DNA of 64,000 nucleotides from Planctomycetota bacterium (GTDB lineage: Bacteria; Planctomycetota; UBA11346). The position numbers and the translations under genes are program-made. This document shows, one piece after another, positions 52,277 to 62,378 of the stretch. The stretch covers positions 29,002-93,001 of the forward strand of contig PLEW01000138.1 of the NCBI GenBank assembly GCA_003136555.1, read 5' to 3'. How positions within the stretch are numbered: position 1 is the first letter of the stretch; each line of letters begins with the position of its first letter. The notes below the pieces were generated by a model. It made no database searches. It saw nothing but the letters and a program-made list of their open reading frames with translations, and had not been told where the DNA came from.

Positions 52277-53737
52277 ATGGCCCAGACCCTGCGCATCCTG
52301 CACGTCGCAAGCGAGATGGTTCCCTTCGTCAAGACCGGTGGATTGGCCGATGTCATCGGCGCGCTGCCTCTGGCGCTCAAGGCCCACAAGCACGATGCGC
52401 GGGTGGTGATACCCGGCTACCGCGCGGCGCTGCAGGTGGCCAAGCACCACGGGCTGACCTGGGGCGGCCACACCATGACCATCGAGGCGGGTGGCGTCGA
52501 TCACACCGTCGGCGTCGGCATGGTCGATTTGCACGGGGTCAAGGTCTACTTCATCGCCTGCAATGAGCTGTTCGAGCGCGATGGCATCTACGGCCCCAGC
52601 CAAGCCAATGACTACGATGACAATGCCAGGCGCTTCGCCGTGTTCTCCAAGGCCGCGCTGGCGCTGCCGGGCTATCTCGGATGGGTGCCCCATATCGTCC
52701 ATGCCCACGATTGGCAGGCTGGTCTGGTCCCGGCGCTGCTCGAGCGCGGTTTCAACAAGGTCCTGCCGGCAACCCGCTCGGTCTTCACCGTGCACAATGT
52801 CGCATACCAGGGCTCTTTCTGGCATTTCGACATGAAGCTCACCGGCCTCGACTGGGCGCTCTACAATCCGCTGCACCTCGAGCACTACGGCAAGCTCAAC
52901 CTGCTCAAGGCGGGCATCGTCTTCGCCGACCGCGTCACCACGGTCAGCAAGCGCTATGCCCAGGAGATCCAGAGCCGCGAATTCGGCTTCGGCATGGAGG
53001 CGGTGGTCTCCGGCCATGCCTACAAGCTCTCGGGCATCACCAACGGCATCGATGCCGACGTCTGGGATCCCGCGACCGACACCCTGATCCCGTCCCGCTA
53101 TGATGCCAAGAAGCTCGCGGGCAAGCACACCTGCAAGGAGCGGCTGCGCAAGGATACCGGCCTATTCGCGGAGGAATCGCCATGCCTGGTCGCGGTGGTC
53201 AGCAGGCTGGTCGAGCAGAAGGGCATCGACCTGCTGCTCGATGTCGTCGATCCCTACATCCTCGCCGGTCGCATGCAGCTGGTCGTGCTCGGCTCCGGCG
53301 ATCTCGCACTCGAGCACCGCCTGCACCTGCTCCAGGCCCGCCACCCGGGATGGGTCTACGCCTGGTTCGGCTACAATGAAGAGCTCGCCCACCGCATCAT
53401 CGCCGGCTCGGACATGTTCCTCATGCCCAGCATCACCGAACCATGCGGGCTGACCCAGCTGTACAGCCTGCGCTACGGCACCCTGCCGCTGGTACGCTAT
53501 ACGGGCGGCCTGGCCGACACCGTCACCGACGTCGCCGCGGGCGAGGGCACCGGTTTCACCTTCGGACCGGCCGATCGCGGGCACTTCTCCAGCACCCTCG
53601 ATCGGGCACTCGGGCTGTACCAGCATTTCCCGGCGGAGTGGAAGCAGGCGGTCAAGCGCGCCATGGCGGTCGACAACAGCTGGAAGCACGTCGCCGACGA
53701 GTACATCGAGCTCTACCGCAGCATCACCTTCGACTGA
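52277..53737 (+). CDS. glgA: Glycogen synthase (ADP-glucose type)
   Basis: LRILHVASEMVPFVKTGGLADV, ..HAHDWQAGL.., MPSITEPCGLTQLYSLRYGTLP. AGGAA RBS before ATG 52277. Confidence 0.95.
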   Translation: MAQTLRILHVASEMVPFVKTGGLADVIGALPLALKAHKHDARVVIPGYRAALQVAKHHGLTWGGHTMTIEAGGVDHTVGVGMVDLHGVKVYFIACNELFERDGIYGPSQANDYDDNARRFAVFSKAALALPGYLGWVPHIVHAHDWQAGLVPALLERGFNKVLPATRSVFTVHNVAYQGSFWHFDMKLTGLDWALYNPLHLEHYGKLNLLKAGIVFADRVTTVSKRYAQEIQSREFGFGMEAVVSGHAYKLSGITNGIDADVWDPATDTLIPSRYDAKKLAGKHTCKERLRKDTGLFAEESPCLVAVVSRLVEQKGIDLLLDVVDPYILAGRMQLVVLGSGDLALEHRLHLLQARHPGWVYAWFGYNEELAHRIIAGSDMFLMPSITEPCGLTQLYSLRYGTLPLVRYTGGLADTVTDVAAGEGTGFTFGPADRGHFSSTLDRALGLYQHFPAEWKQAVKRAMAVDNSWKHVADEYIELYRSITFD

Positions 53738-53783
53738 GCGGCTGATTCGCCTGTGCGGCTGACGAGGCGCTGGCTGGTGCAGC

Positions 53784-54374
53784 TCACGGCAGCCAGCTCG
53801 GCCGGCGGGTGATCACCGATTGGTAGCGGAAGCCGATGCCGCGCCGGACCAGCTCATCGGCGACCTGGTCGACGGTGGTCAGGGGCGGCTGGAGATCATT
53901 GAGCAGGCGGTGGTTCAGATCGGTGAAGGTCAGCGTCGGGGCGGCGGTGCCGAATGGCACCACGAACAGCTGCAGGTGCAGGACGGTGGTCTGGGCGTTG
54001 GTGCTGTCGCCGTTGATATCGGTGCAGTTGAGCACCCGGTACCAGGTGCCGGGAACGGCCGGGTAGGGGAAGAGCTGGGTGGTCAGGGCCTCGCTTGCGC
54101 CGCCGGAGGAGCCGCTGCTGGAGAAGCCGGTGCCGATGTAGACGCTCGGCGCCAGTGGCGCGCTGGTGCTCGGGGATGCCTGGCCGCTGCCGCCGGCGCT
54201 GATGCGGATCTCATCGACCAGGCACGAAGCGGCCAGCGAGGCCCGGGTGGTGTCCTCCGAGAGCTTGCGGAAGCGCATGCCGCCCAGGAACAGGCCGAAG
54301 ACGGCGACGAAGCCGATCAGGAAGACGATGGTCGCCACCAGCATCTCGACGAGGGTGAAGCCGCGCCTGTTCAT
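53784..54374 (-). CDS. Prepilin-type N-terminal cleavage/methylation domain protein (pseudopilin)
   Basis: MNRRGFTLVEMLVATIVFLIGFVAVFGLF class III signal peptide. Confidence 0.8.
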   Translation of the reverse strand: MNRRGFTLVEMLVATIVFLIGFVAVFGLFLGGMRFRKLSEDTTRASLAASCLVDEIRISAGGSGQASPSTSAPLAPSVYIGTGFSSSGSSGGASEALTTQLFPYPAVPGTWYRVLNCTDINGDSTNAQTTVLHLQLFVVPFGTAAPTLTFTDLNHRLLNDLQPPLTTVDQVADELVRRGIGFRYQSVITRRPSWLP

Positions 54375-54539
54375 AGCGACCCTTGTAGTGGTGAGGGGGG
54401 AAAAGCCAAGGTGCGCTGTCCGGACCTGGTCACCGCTTGCCAGTTGCTACCAGGTCAGCATGGCGGTGTTGAGCATTCCCGGCTGGCTAGCCCGCAGCTG
54501 ACGGGGCCATCCCCGGCTGCCCGGCCGGGCGGACGGCAA

Positions 54540-56279
54540 TCAAGCCGCCGGTCCAGCCATGCGGGCGATCAGCGAGCGATGGCGGGCCACCGCATCGCCG
54601 TCGACCTGGCACTCGATCAGCATCAGACCCGCGCCCAGAGCGGCCTGATCCAGGCGCCTGGCGAGCTCCTCGGGGCTGTCGACCACGTGGTAGACCAGGC
54701 CGAACTGGCCCGCGATGTGGCTGAAGTCCATGCCGTGGGGGGTACGCACCAGCTGGCGGTAGGCCGGCAGCTGGGCGACGCTGAGGAAATCGAAGATGCC
54801 GCCGCCATCATTGTTGATCACCACGATCGCGCCTGCGGGGCCGGGAGCGCGGCCAGCGGCCAGGGCCGGCAGATCGTGGAGCGCGGCGAGGTCCCCGATC
54901 AGCAGCAGGCCGTTGCCCGGGTGCGCGGCCAGTTCTCCGAGGAAGGTGCCGAGCGTCCCATCGATGCCATTCAATCCGCGGTTGGCGGTGATGGGGCGCA
55001 GGCGCACGCCGGGCAGGCAGTGCAGGTTGGCATGCCTGACCGCCATGCTGGAGGCCACGTGCAGCAGGGCGAAGCCGGGATGGTTCACCGCCAGGTGCGC
55101 GGCCAGGACCTCGCCCCATGGCTCTTCCTGCATCTGCGCGCGCAGGGCGCGGCGGGCGCTCAGCTCGCCCTCCTGCCAGGCCGAGCGCCAGGCCTCCGGA
55201 GCCCTGCCGAGGATGTCCGCCAGCTGCTTGAGGTCGTCGGCCCCGGGCTTGTGCACGGCGGCGGTGGCGCGGTGGAGGAAGTCCGGATTGGCGTCGCCGC
55301 CAGCCAGTACCAGCCATGGGCAGTGCTGGCGGTCGAGGTATTCATAGGTCGAACGCGCCAGCGAACCGGGACCGGCCTGGATGATCAGCTCGGCCTTCAG
55401 CTGCCCCACCGGACCGCTGACCAGCGCATCGGCGGTGGCGATCACCGAGGTGCAGCGCTCGCGCAGGCCGCCCGGGGCATCGGCGATCAGCGGATAGCCA
55501 GTGGAGAGCGCCAGCTGATCGAGCTGCGCCGGCTCGAGCCCCGCCGCCGGCCCGGCGACGATCAGGCCGCGCACCTCGGCGGGCAGATCTCCGATGAGGG
55601 CGCGCCACTGGCTCGCATCCCGGCTCACGCCGTCAGCCTGGCGCGCAGCGATGCGCACCGCGGGTGAGCCCTGCGCGCGGCCGATGAGCGCCGGGCGCGA
55701 CAGCTGGTAGTCGGACCATGCTGGATCGCGTGCCGGGGTCAGGGGATCGCGCAGCGGCACGTTGAGGTGCACCGGTCCGCCGTCCTGGCGGCTGTGATGG
55801 ACCAGCCAGCAGACGCGGGCGCGCAGCGAGCGCAGCGCCCGATCATCGGCTATGGGCTCGCCGAGCAGCAGGTCGTGGCGGACGAAATGGCCGAACAGGC
55901 CCTGCTGGCGCATGGTCTGCGGGCTGCTCGCGTCGTGTGCCTCCCAGGGGCGGTCGGCGGAGATCAGGATCAGGGGGACGCCAGCGGCATGCGCCTCGGT
56001 GGCCGCCGGCAGGAGGTTGGCCAGCGCGCTGCCCGAGGTCACGCATACGGCCACCGGCTGGCCCAGCTGCTTGGCCATCCCCAGGGCGAGGAAGCCGGCG
56101 GAACGTTCATCGACATGGGACAGGCAGGCGGCCGCGAGCTGCGCATGCAGGGCATGCAGCAGCGGGCCGTTGCGGCTGCCTGGGCACAGCACCGCACGCG
56201 CTATTCCGCTGCGGTGCAGCTCTTCGGCGATCGCTCGGCACCACAGGGCGGTGAGATTGGGGTCGTGCGCGGCGTCCAC
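54540..56279 (-). CDS. menD: 2-succinyl-5-enolpyruvyl-6-hydroxy-3-cyclohexene-1-carboxylate synthase
   Basis: ThDP enzyme colinear with the MenD pattern: WCRAIAEELHRSGI..VLCPGSRNGPL, DERSAGFLALGMAK, VTSGSALANL, SADRP, GDLAALHDL. Confidence 0.9.
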   Translation of the reverse strand: MDAAHDPNLTALWCRAIAEELHRSGIARAVLCPGSRNGPLLHALHAQLAAACLSHVDERSAGFLALGMAKQLGQPVAVCVTSGSALANLLPAATEAHAAGVPLILISADRPWEAHDASSPQTMRQQGLFGHFVRHDLLLGEPIADDRALRSLRARVCWLVHHSRQDGGPVHLNVPLRDPLTPARDPAWSDYQLSRPALIGRAQGSPAVRIAARQADGVSRDASQWRALIGDLPAEVRGLIVAGPAAGLEPAQLDQLALSTGYPLIADAPGGLRERCTSVIATADALVSGPVGQLKAELIIQAGPGSLARSTYEYLDRQHCPWLVLAGGDANPDFLHRATAAVHKPGADDLKQLADILGRAPEAWRSAWQEGELSARRALRAQMQEEPWGEVLAAHLAVNHPGFALLHVASSMAVRHANLHCLPGVRLRPITANRGLNGIDGTLGTFLGELAAHPGNGLLLIGDLAALHDLPALAAGRAPGPAGAIVVINNDGGGIFDFLSVAQLPAYRQLVRTPHGMDFSHIAGQFGLVYHVVDSPEELARRLDQAALGAGLMLIECQVDGDAVARHRSLIARMAGPAA

Positions 56280-56408
56280 ACTGCCCAGTGTTGGGCCTCC
56301 TGCGCACCTGGCTAGTGGCCAGCTGCGCGCCGGCCGCGGCTGATCGGCTCGGGCTTGCCGGTGCCCCCGCTCGCACCTGGTGGCGAGCGGCGGGCCGGCG
56401 GGGAGACG

Positions 56409-57482
56409 CTACTTCTTGGCGCTCTTGCCCGCGCTGATGCCCAGCACGCGGTGGAGCTTCTCCTTGTCCGGCTTGGCCCCGGCGAAGTCGTCGAAGGCCT
56501 TCGCCGCCGGGGTGATCAGATGGCGCGCGATGAAGGGTGCGCCCTCGGTGGCGCCCTGAACCGGGTCCTTGAGCGCGCATTCCCACTCCAGCACCGCCCA
56601 GCCGTTGTAGTTGTACTGGGTCAGCTGGCTGAAGATGCGCGAGAAGTCGATCTGGCCATCGCCCAGCGAGCGGAAACGGCCGGCACGTTCCTTCCAGCCG
56701 AGGTATCCGCCGTAGGCGCCAGTGCGGCCATCGGGCCTGAATTCGGCATCCTTGACGTGGAAGGCCTTGATGAACTCGTGGTAGTGATCGATGTAGGCGC
56801 TGTAATCCATGCCCTGGAGGATCAGGTGGCTGGGATCGTAGAGGATGTTGCCGCGCGGGTGGTTCTTGAGGTGCTTGCGGAACAGCTCGTAGGTCGCGCC
56901 ATCATGCACATCCTCGCCCGGATGGACCTCCCATGCGACGTCGACGCCATTCTCATCGAAGACGTTGAGGATCGGCAGCCAGCGGCGGGCGAGCTCGGAA
57001 AAGCCCTCCTCGACCAGCCCCGCCGGGCGCTGCGGCCAAGGATAGAAGGTGTGCCATAGGAGCGCCCCGGTGAAGCTCGCGTGCACGGTCAGGCCGAAGT
57101 TCTTGCTCGCCTTGGCCGCCAGCTTGAGCTGCTCGATCGCCCACTCGGTGCGCGCCTTGGAGTTGCCGCGCACCGCGACGGGAGCGAAGCCGTCGAAGAG
57201 CTCGTCATAGGCGGGATGGACGGCCACCAGCTGGCCCTGGAGGTGGGACGACAGCTCGGTGATCTCGACGCCGTTCTTGGCCGCGATGCCCTTGATCTCA
57301 TCGACATAGGCCTTGCTCTTGGCCGCCTTCTCGAGGTCGAAGAGCCGGGCATCCCAGGTCGGCACCTGGACGCCCTTGTAGCCGAGCTTGCCGGCCCAGG
57401 CGGTGATGTTCTCCCAGGTGTTGAAGGGGGCCTTGTCGCCCGCGAACTGGGCTAGGAAGATGGCCGGGCCTTTGATCGTCAT
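56409..57482 (-). CDS. Sugar phosphate isomerase/epimerase (xylose isomerase-like TIM barrel)
   Basis: 357 aa. ..YKGVQVPTWD.., ..WEVHPGEDV.. are typical AP-endonuclease-2/xylose-isomerase-like barrel segments. Paired with a Gfo/Idh/MocA gene upstream. Confidence 0.8.
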   Translation of the reverse strand: MTIKGPAIFLAQFAGDKAPFNTWENITAWAGKLGYKGVQVPTWDARLFDLEKAAKSKAYVDEIKGIAAKNGVEITELSSHLQGQLVAVHPAYDELFDGFAPVAVRGNSKARTEWAIEQLKLAAKASKNFGLTVHASFTGALLWHTFYPWPQRPAGLVEEGFSELARRWLPILNVFDENGVDVAWEVHPGEDVHDGATYELFRKHLKNHPRGNILYDPSHLILQGMDYSAYIDHYHEFIKAFHVKDAEFRPDGRTGAYGGYLGWKERAGRFRSLGDGQIDFSRIFSQLTQYNYNGWAVLEWECALKDPVQGATEGAPFIARHLITPAAKAFDDFAGAKPDKEKLHRVLGISAGKSAKK

Positions 57483-57534
57483 GTGTGGCTCCTCGCAGGA
57501 TGGTGGTGGATCACTGGTGGCTGTGGCATGGGCT

Positions 57535-58752
57535 CTAGAGCAGCGATTTCCCCGCGCTTGCCCTGGCCGCCTTGGCGGGCTTGAGCTTCTGGCTGCGCTC
57601 GACGGTCACCCATCTGCGCGTCTTGGCCGCCTTGAGCGCGGCGTCGAGGACCTCCTGGTTGGCGAGGCCATCGGCGAAGTCGGGGCGGAACTCGTCGCCC
57701 GAGGCCAGCGCCGAGAGGAAGTCGGCGAGATGGTTGATGAAGGTGTGCTCATAGCCGATGACGTGGCCGTCGGGCCAGTACTGGCCGGCATACGGATGGA
57801 CGGCGCCATCCATCGCCATGATGGTGCGGAAGCCCTTGGCCCGGGCGTCCTGCTCATCGACGCTGTAGTACTGCAGCTCGTTCATGCGCTCGAAGTTCCA
57901 CAGCACCGAACCCTTGGTGCCGTTGACCTCGATCTGGTTGTAGTTCTTGCGCCCAGCGGCGGCACGCGTCCCCTCGAAGCTGGCAAGGGCGCCATTCGAG
58001 AGGCGTGCGAGGAACAGCAGCGCATCATCGACATCGACGTCGACCATCCCCTTGCCGTCGGCATTCCTGCGCTTCTTGATGAAGGTCTGCTCGATGCCGG
58101 CGACTTCATCGAATTCGAGCCCGGTCAGGAAGCGCGTCATGTCGATGAGATGGGCGTTGAGGTCGCCATGAGCACCTGAGCCGCAGGTCTTGGCAGTCAT
58201 GCGCCACGAGCCGGGGCAGGACTCGTCGAGCAGCCAGTCCTGCAGGTAGACGGCGCGCACATGGCGGATCTCGCCGAGCTTGCCCTCGGCGATCAGCGCC
58301 GCCGCGGTCGAGGCGGCGGGTGCGCGGCGGTAGTTGTGCCAGACACCGACCCTGGCCGGCTTGCCCGCCGAGGTCCTGGCCGCCTTGGCCACCGCCACCA
58401 GCTGGCGCGCCTCCTTGGCGTTCAGCGCCAGAGGCTTTTCGGTCAGCACGTGCTTGCCGGCCTTGAGCGCCTGGATCGACAGGCTGACATGGCTGTCGTT
58501 GGGGGTCGCGATGTCGACCAGGTGGATGTCGTCGCGCTTGAGCACGGCGCTGAGATCGGTGGAGTACTCCTGCCAGCCGAACTGCTCGGCGGCCAGCTTC
58601 AGCGGCCCTGCGGTCCGGCCGACCAGCACCTTCGGCACCACCTGGAAGGGGGCATCGGCGAAGAAGCGGTTCACCTGGCGATAGGCGTTGGAATGGGCAC
58701 GGCCCATGAAGGCATAGCCGACCAGGGCGACGTTGAGTATGGGTTTGGACAT
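57535..58752 (-). CDS. Gfo/Idh/MocA-family NAD(P)-dependent oxidoreductase
   Basis: LNVALVGYAFMGRAHSNAY Rossmann N-terminus, ..HVLTEKPLA.. motif. 405 aa. Confidence 0.88.
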   Translation of the reverse strand: MSKPILNVALVGYAFMGRAHSNAYRQVNRFFADAPFQVVPKVLVGRTAGPLKLAAEQFGWQEYSTDLSAVLKRDDIHLVDIATPNDSHVSLSIQALKAGKHVLTEKPLALNAKEARQLVAVAKAARTSAGKPARVGVWHNYRRAPAASTAAALIAEGKLGEIRHVRAVYLQDWLLDESCPGSWRMTAKTCGSGAHGDLNAHLIDMTRFLTGLEFDEVAGIEQTFIKKRRNADGKGMVDVDVDDALLFLARLSNGALASFEGTRAAAGRKNYNQIEVNGTKGSVLWNFERMNELQYYSVDEQDARAKGFRTIMAMDGAVHPYAGQYWPDGHVIGYEHTFINHLADFLSALASGDEFRPDFADGLANQEVLDAALKAAKTRRWVTVERSQKLKPAKAARASAGKSLL

Positions 58753-58878
58753 GCTGGCCTCATGAGCGTGTGCGGGCTGTCATGAATGACATGAAAGCGC
58801 TTTCGTACAAGAGCCGGATCGCACAGCCCTTGGACGCCTGAGTGATACCACCAGGGTGGTCGCCCCGAAGGGGGTGGC

Positions 58879-59751
58879 TCAGCGCCTGAGCAGCGCGAGG
58901 ATGCGCCCGGGCAGCGGCGAGGCGGCGCCGTGGGCGATGGCGGTCCTGAGCGTGCCATCCTGTCCGAGCCGGGCGATGACCTGCCAGCCGCTGGCATGCG
59001 GCTGGGCGAGGCAGCCGAGCGGCAGGGAGCAGCCACCGGACAGGCCGGCGAGCACCTGGCGCTCGATGCCGACGGCGACGGCGGTAGACCGGTGATTCAG
59101 GCACGAGAGCAGGAAGCGGGTGCGGGCATCCGCGGCGCGGCAGTCGACCGCCACCGCGCCCTGGGCCGGAGCGGGGGTGCAGACGCTGAGCGGATCGAGG
59201 GCGACGGCGCGGGCGCGGCGCAGCAGCAGCAGGCGGCTCAGCCCGGCCATCGCCATCACCGTGGCCGCCACCTCGCCCATGGCGACCTTGCGCAGGCGCG
59301 TCTCGACATTGCCGCGGATGCTGGTGAAGCGCAGGTCCGGCCTGCGCTCGGCGAGCTGCGCCTGGCGCCTGAGGCTGGAGGTGCCCACCAGCGCGCCTTG
59401 GGCGAGCTCGTCGAGCGAGCCGGCGCCGATGAGCACGTCGCGCGGATCGGCGCGCCTGAGGATCGCGGCCAGGAGCAGGCCTTCGGGCTCGCTGGTCGGC
59501 AGGTCCTTGCAGCTGTGCACCCCGGCATCCGCATGGCCATCGAGGACGGCCTGCTGCACCTCCTTGCAGAAGATGCCGATGGTGCCGAGCCGGTAGAGGG
59601 GGGTAGCATGATCGCCATCCCCGCTCGAGGACATCGGCAGCAGCTGGATGATCAGGCGCGGATGGTCCCGGCGCAGCATGCTGGCGACGTGCCGCGCCTG
59701 CCACATGGCGAGCGGACTCGAGCGGGTCGCGAGGCGCAGGGTGATGGTCAT
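58879..59751 (-). CDS. hemC: Hydroxymethylbilane synthase (porphobilinogen deaminase)
   Basis: LRLATRSSPLAMWQA, GIFCKEVQQAVLDGHADAGVHSCKDLP, LRGNVETRL. Confidence 0.92.
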   Translation of the reverse strand: MTITLRLATRSSPLAMWQARHVASMLRRDHPRLIIQLLPMSSSGDGDHATPLYRLGTIGIFCKEVQQAVLDGHADAGVHSCKDLPTSEPEGLLLAAILRRADPRDVLIGAGSLDELAQGALVGTSSLRRQAQLAERRPDLRFTSIRGNVETRLRKVAMGEVAATVMAMAGLSRLLLLRRARAVALDPLSVCTPAPAQGAVAVDCRAADARTRFLLSCLNHRSTAVAVGIERQVLAGLSGGCSLPLGCLAQPHASGWQVIARLGQDGTLRTAIAHGAASPLPGRILALLRR

Positions 59752-59764
59752 GCGGCCGGGCGCG

Positions 59765-62368
59765 TCATTTCGCCCCGCCGGCGCGGTGCAGCCAGTAGAT
59801 GAACTCGCTGTAGCCGTCGGCGATCATGGTGGCGGCATAGTCGCTGGCGGCAGGGCTCAGCTCGGCGGTGGGCGCCAAGGGCGTGCTGCGCAGGTCGATC
59901 ATCGGCACCCCCGGCATCTGCTTGGTGATGAAATCCTCCACCTCGGCCCACAGCGCATCGGCGGTGGCGCGCTTGTCGCCGTCGACCAGGCTGGGCCCCA
60001 GCACCACCAGCGGCAGCATGCCATTGTTGACCAGCTGTTCGAGCCGCTTCTTCCACAGCGACTCGAGGGCCTGGCCGGGGGACCTGCCGTCCTTGAGCTC
60101 GCCGGAGGCGGTCGCGATGATGACGATGTGCTGGCCCGCCGGTTCGAGGATCGCGGGCACTCCGGCGCCCGGGCTCCTGGTCAGCGACTCGAACCAGCTG
60201 TCCTGGAAGGAGATCTCCTGCTCGAGGTTGGCGGGCAGCCGGCCAGGGAGCAGGAGCTCGAGCTGGCGCCGCACCTCGGCCCGCCATGCGCCATCGAAGG
60301 CGGGGCCGACCAGCAGCTTGAGCTTTGCCGTATCGATGGCCCTCGTCATGGCATGCTTGCGGAATCGGCTGATGGCCTCGATCAGCTTGAGCAGGTTCTT
60401 CGCGCGGTGCTCGTCGCGCACCAGCGCCGGCGGGCGCAGGGCGAGCAGCGCGGGGGTGGCAGGCTGGTTGATGCTGGTGGCGACCTTCGCCAGGATGAAG
60501 CCGTCCTCGGCGGGGAAGTCGGCGCCGGCATCGTCCTCGAGGGTGAGGCTGCTGATCGACATGCCATCGAGGATGCTCTTGGCCTGGATGGTGAAGATCT
60601 CCCAGTCCTCGGCTCCGCTGAACTGGAATGGCGGCAGGGTGACGGACTTGCCTCCCTGTTCGTAGGCCGTCACCTGGAGCTGCTTGCGATCCAGACGTCC
60701 GGGGTGCAGCAGCAGCGCGATGCCGCCATTCTCGCTCGAGGTGTCATGCAGATCGAGGGTCATGACATGGCGTTTCTTGGCGTTGATCTTCACCGAGCGC
60801 CAGAAACCCTGCAGGCCGCCCGGCCAGCCCGGCGGCAGGTAGACCGAGCCGTCCAGGGGCGCCTGGCGTATCGCCAGCTCCTTCGATACCTGGACGAAAC
60901 GCGGCTTCCAGGCGAGCGCTCCTGCCGGTTCCTTGACCTCGCCAGGCGGGGGCGCGCCCCAGCGCGGGGGCTTGGCATGCAGGTGGTCGGATTGCTCGGG
61001 GTTGGGCAAGGTGCTGTCATAGACCAGCAGCTGGAGGACCTCCAGCCCATGGCCCATGCCCGAGATCTCGAGGATGCTCTCGCCTGCGGGCAGGGTGAAC
61101 GTCGGATGGGCGTCGTTTTGCAGCTGCATCCACAGCACCTTGCCGCCGGTCCTGATCTCGAGCTGCTTGGCGTGCTGGCCGCCGATGCTCACCTGGACCG
61201 ACGATGGACGGCTGTGATTGATCGCTTGCACCCAGATCTGGTAGGTCCCGCCATCGAGCAGCAGCGACTTGCGGACCACGGCGACATCGCTGGTGAGGTG
61301 GATGGAGCTGCCGATGCGCTTCCACTGCGCGGAGTCCTCGCTCACCAGATCCCTGCCCGGGATGCGCCAGCTCTCGCCGACCGCCGCCGAGAGGCTCGGC
61401 GGCACTAAGGTGGCTGCGGCAGGGGCTGGGGGCACGGCAATGCTCGTCGGGCCGGGAGCGGATTGCGGTGACGGGGCGGGAGATGCGCTCACCGGTTCCG
61501 GCTGGTGCTCGGCCGGCGGTGCGCTCGGCCGGTGCTCAGCCACCACGGGATGCTCTGCCAACTGCTTGCGCAGTTCGGCGTCCCGCTGACGCAGGTCGCG
61601 GAAGACGATGTCGTCGGGCACCTCGGCTTGGGCGAGCAGCCGCTGCGCCTCGGCGGCTTCGCCGGCCTTGATCGCCCGGTCGGCCGCGTCGAGCTCCTGG
61701 CTGAGCCTGCGCTTCAGCTCGAGAGCGATCGCCTGGCGCACGGCTGCCGGGCACTCGCGATCCTGGCTGGCCTGGGACCAGCCCTCCACCGGGTCGCTGG
61801 GGTAATCGTCGCGCGTCCTCGCCGCCACCGCCGGTGCCGGCGGCGCGAGCGCTGGTGCCGCTTGCACCTCCTTCTGCGCGCCATTGCCGTGCAGTTGGAG
61901 ATAGGCGAGCGCCGCGCCCGCGCAGAGCACCACCGCGATCCCTGCGGCTACCGCCAGCGGGGCCTTGGACCTGCCGGTGGCGGGTGCGGCGATGGCCTGG
62001 GGTGCGCTGGCAGTGACGGCCGCGGGCGCGTGTGCCGCAGCCTGTGAATCAGAGCGCGGCGGCAGCGGCGGGGCGGAGAACTCGCCATCCTTGTGCACGG
62101 CGCGGCGATGCACCGTGATGTTGCCCGCGGTGGTGAAGGTGAAGAGGTGCAGCGCGGGGTGCTTCCCCAGATTCAGCGAGTAGGTGGTGGCGTTGAGGCC
62201 GCGCATCGCCCGCAGCTGGTTGATCTTGACCTGGGCCTCTCCCGGCAGGCTGTCCACGCACATCTGGCAGATCAGCTCGCCATCGACCCGCACGGCGAGG
62301 CCCTGGTCCAGCTCCGCGACCTGGATCGGCGAGTCGCAGCGGATGCAGGACAGGATGGTGGTGCTCAT
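59765..62368 (-). CDS. Large membrane-anchored protein: N-terminal Zn-ribbon, one TM helix, Pro/Ala-rich linker, beta-rich domains, C-terminal hydrolase-like domain
   Basis: From ATG 62368: CIRCDS..CQMC (4-Cys ribbon), TM helix PLAVAAGIAVVLCAGAALAYL, coiled-coil/Pro-rich region, then about 550 aa of globular sequence. Start 62407 would overlap the upstream SDR by 29 nt. Confidence 0.75.
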   Translation of the reverse strand: MSTTILSCIRCDSPIQVAELDQGLAVRVDGELICQMCVDSLPGEAQVKINQLRAMRGLNATTYSLNLGKHPALHLFTFTTAGNITVHRRAVHKDGEFSAPPLPPRSDSQAAAHAPAAVTASAPQAIAAPATGRSKAPLAVAAGIAVVLCAGAALAYLQLHGNGAQKEVQAAPALAPPAPAVAARTRDDYPSDPVEGWSQASQDRECPAAVRQAIALELKRRLSQELDAADRAIKAGEAAEAQRLLAQAEVPDDIVFRDLRQRDAELRKQLAEHPVVAEHRPSAPPAEHQPEPVSASPAPSPQSAPGPTSIAVPPAPAAATLVPPSLSAAVGESWRIPGRDLVSEDSAQWKRIGSSIHLTSDVAVVRKSLLLDGGTYQIWVQAINHSRPSSVQVSIGGQHAKQLEIRTGGKVLWMQLQNDAHPTFTLPAGESILEISGMGHGLEVLQLLVYDSTLPNPEQSDHLHAKPPRWGAPPPGEVKEPAGALAWKPRFVQVSKELAIRQAPLDGSVYLPPGWPGGLQGFWRSVKINAKKRHVMTLDLHDTSSENGGIALLLHPGRLDRKQLQVTAYEQGGKSVTLPPFQFSGAEDWEIFTIQAKSILDGMSISSLTLEDDAGADFPAEDGFILAKVATSINQPATPALLALRPPALVRDEHRAKNLLKLIEAISRFRKHAMTRAIDTAKLKLLVGPAFDGAWRAEVRRQLELLLPGRLPANLEQEISFQDSWFESLTRSPGAGVPAILEPAGQHIVIIATASGELKDGRSPGQALESLWKKRLEQLVNNGMLPLVVLGPSLVDGDKRATADALWAEVEDFITKQMPGVPMIDLRSTPLAPTAELSPAASDYAATMIADGYSEFIYWLHRAGGAK

Positions 62369-62378
62369 GGGCTGGACA

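Noticed and set aside
50583-52409. 608-aa plus-strand ORF. The same applies to 53820..55667, 59648..61408, 46942..48672 and 16822..18528.
   Set aside because: All are antisense to confidently identified genes (miaB, menD, the large Zn-ribbon protein, the RNase HII-like gene, gltB). All lack coding-type codon bias.
54443-54476. 8-bp inverted repeat GACCTGGT..ACCAGGTC downstream of menD, and a similar CCGCTCGC..GCGAGCGG hairpin at 56367-56390
   Set aside because: Both are GC hairpins in the right place for terminators. They lack U tracts and have long or unremarkable loops, so they are not strong enough to list as features.
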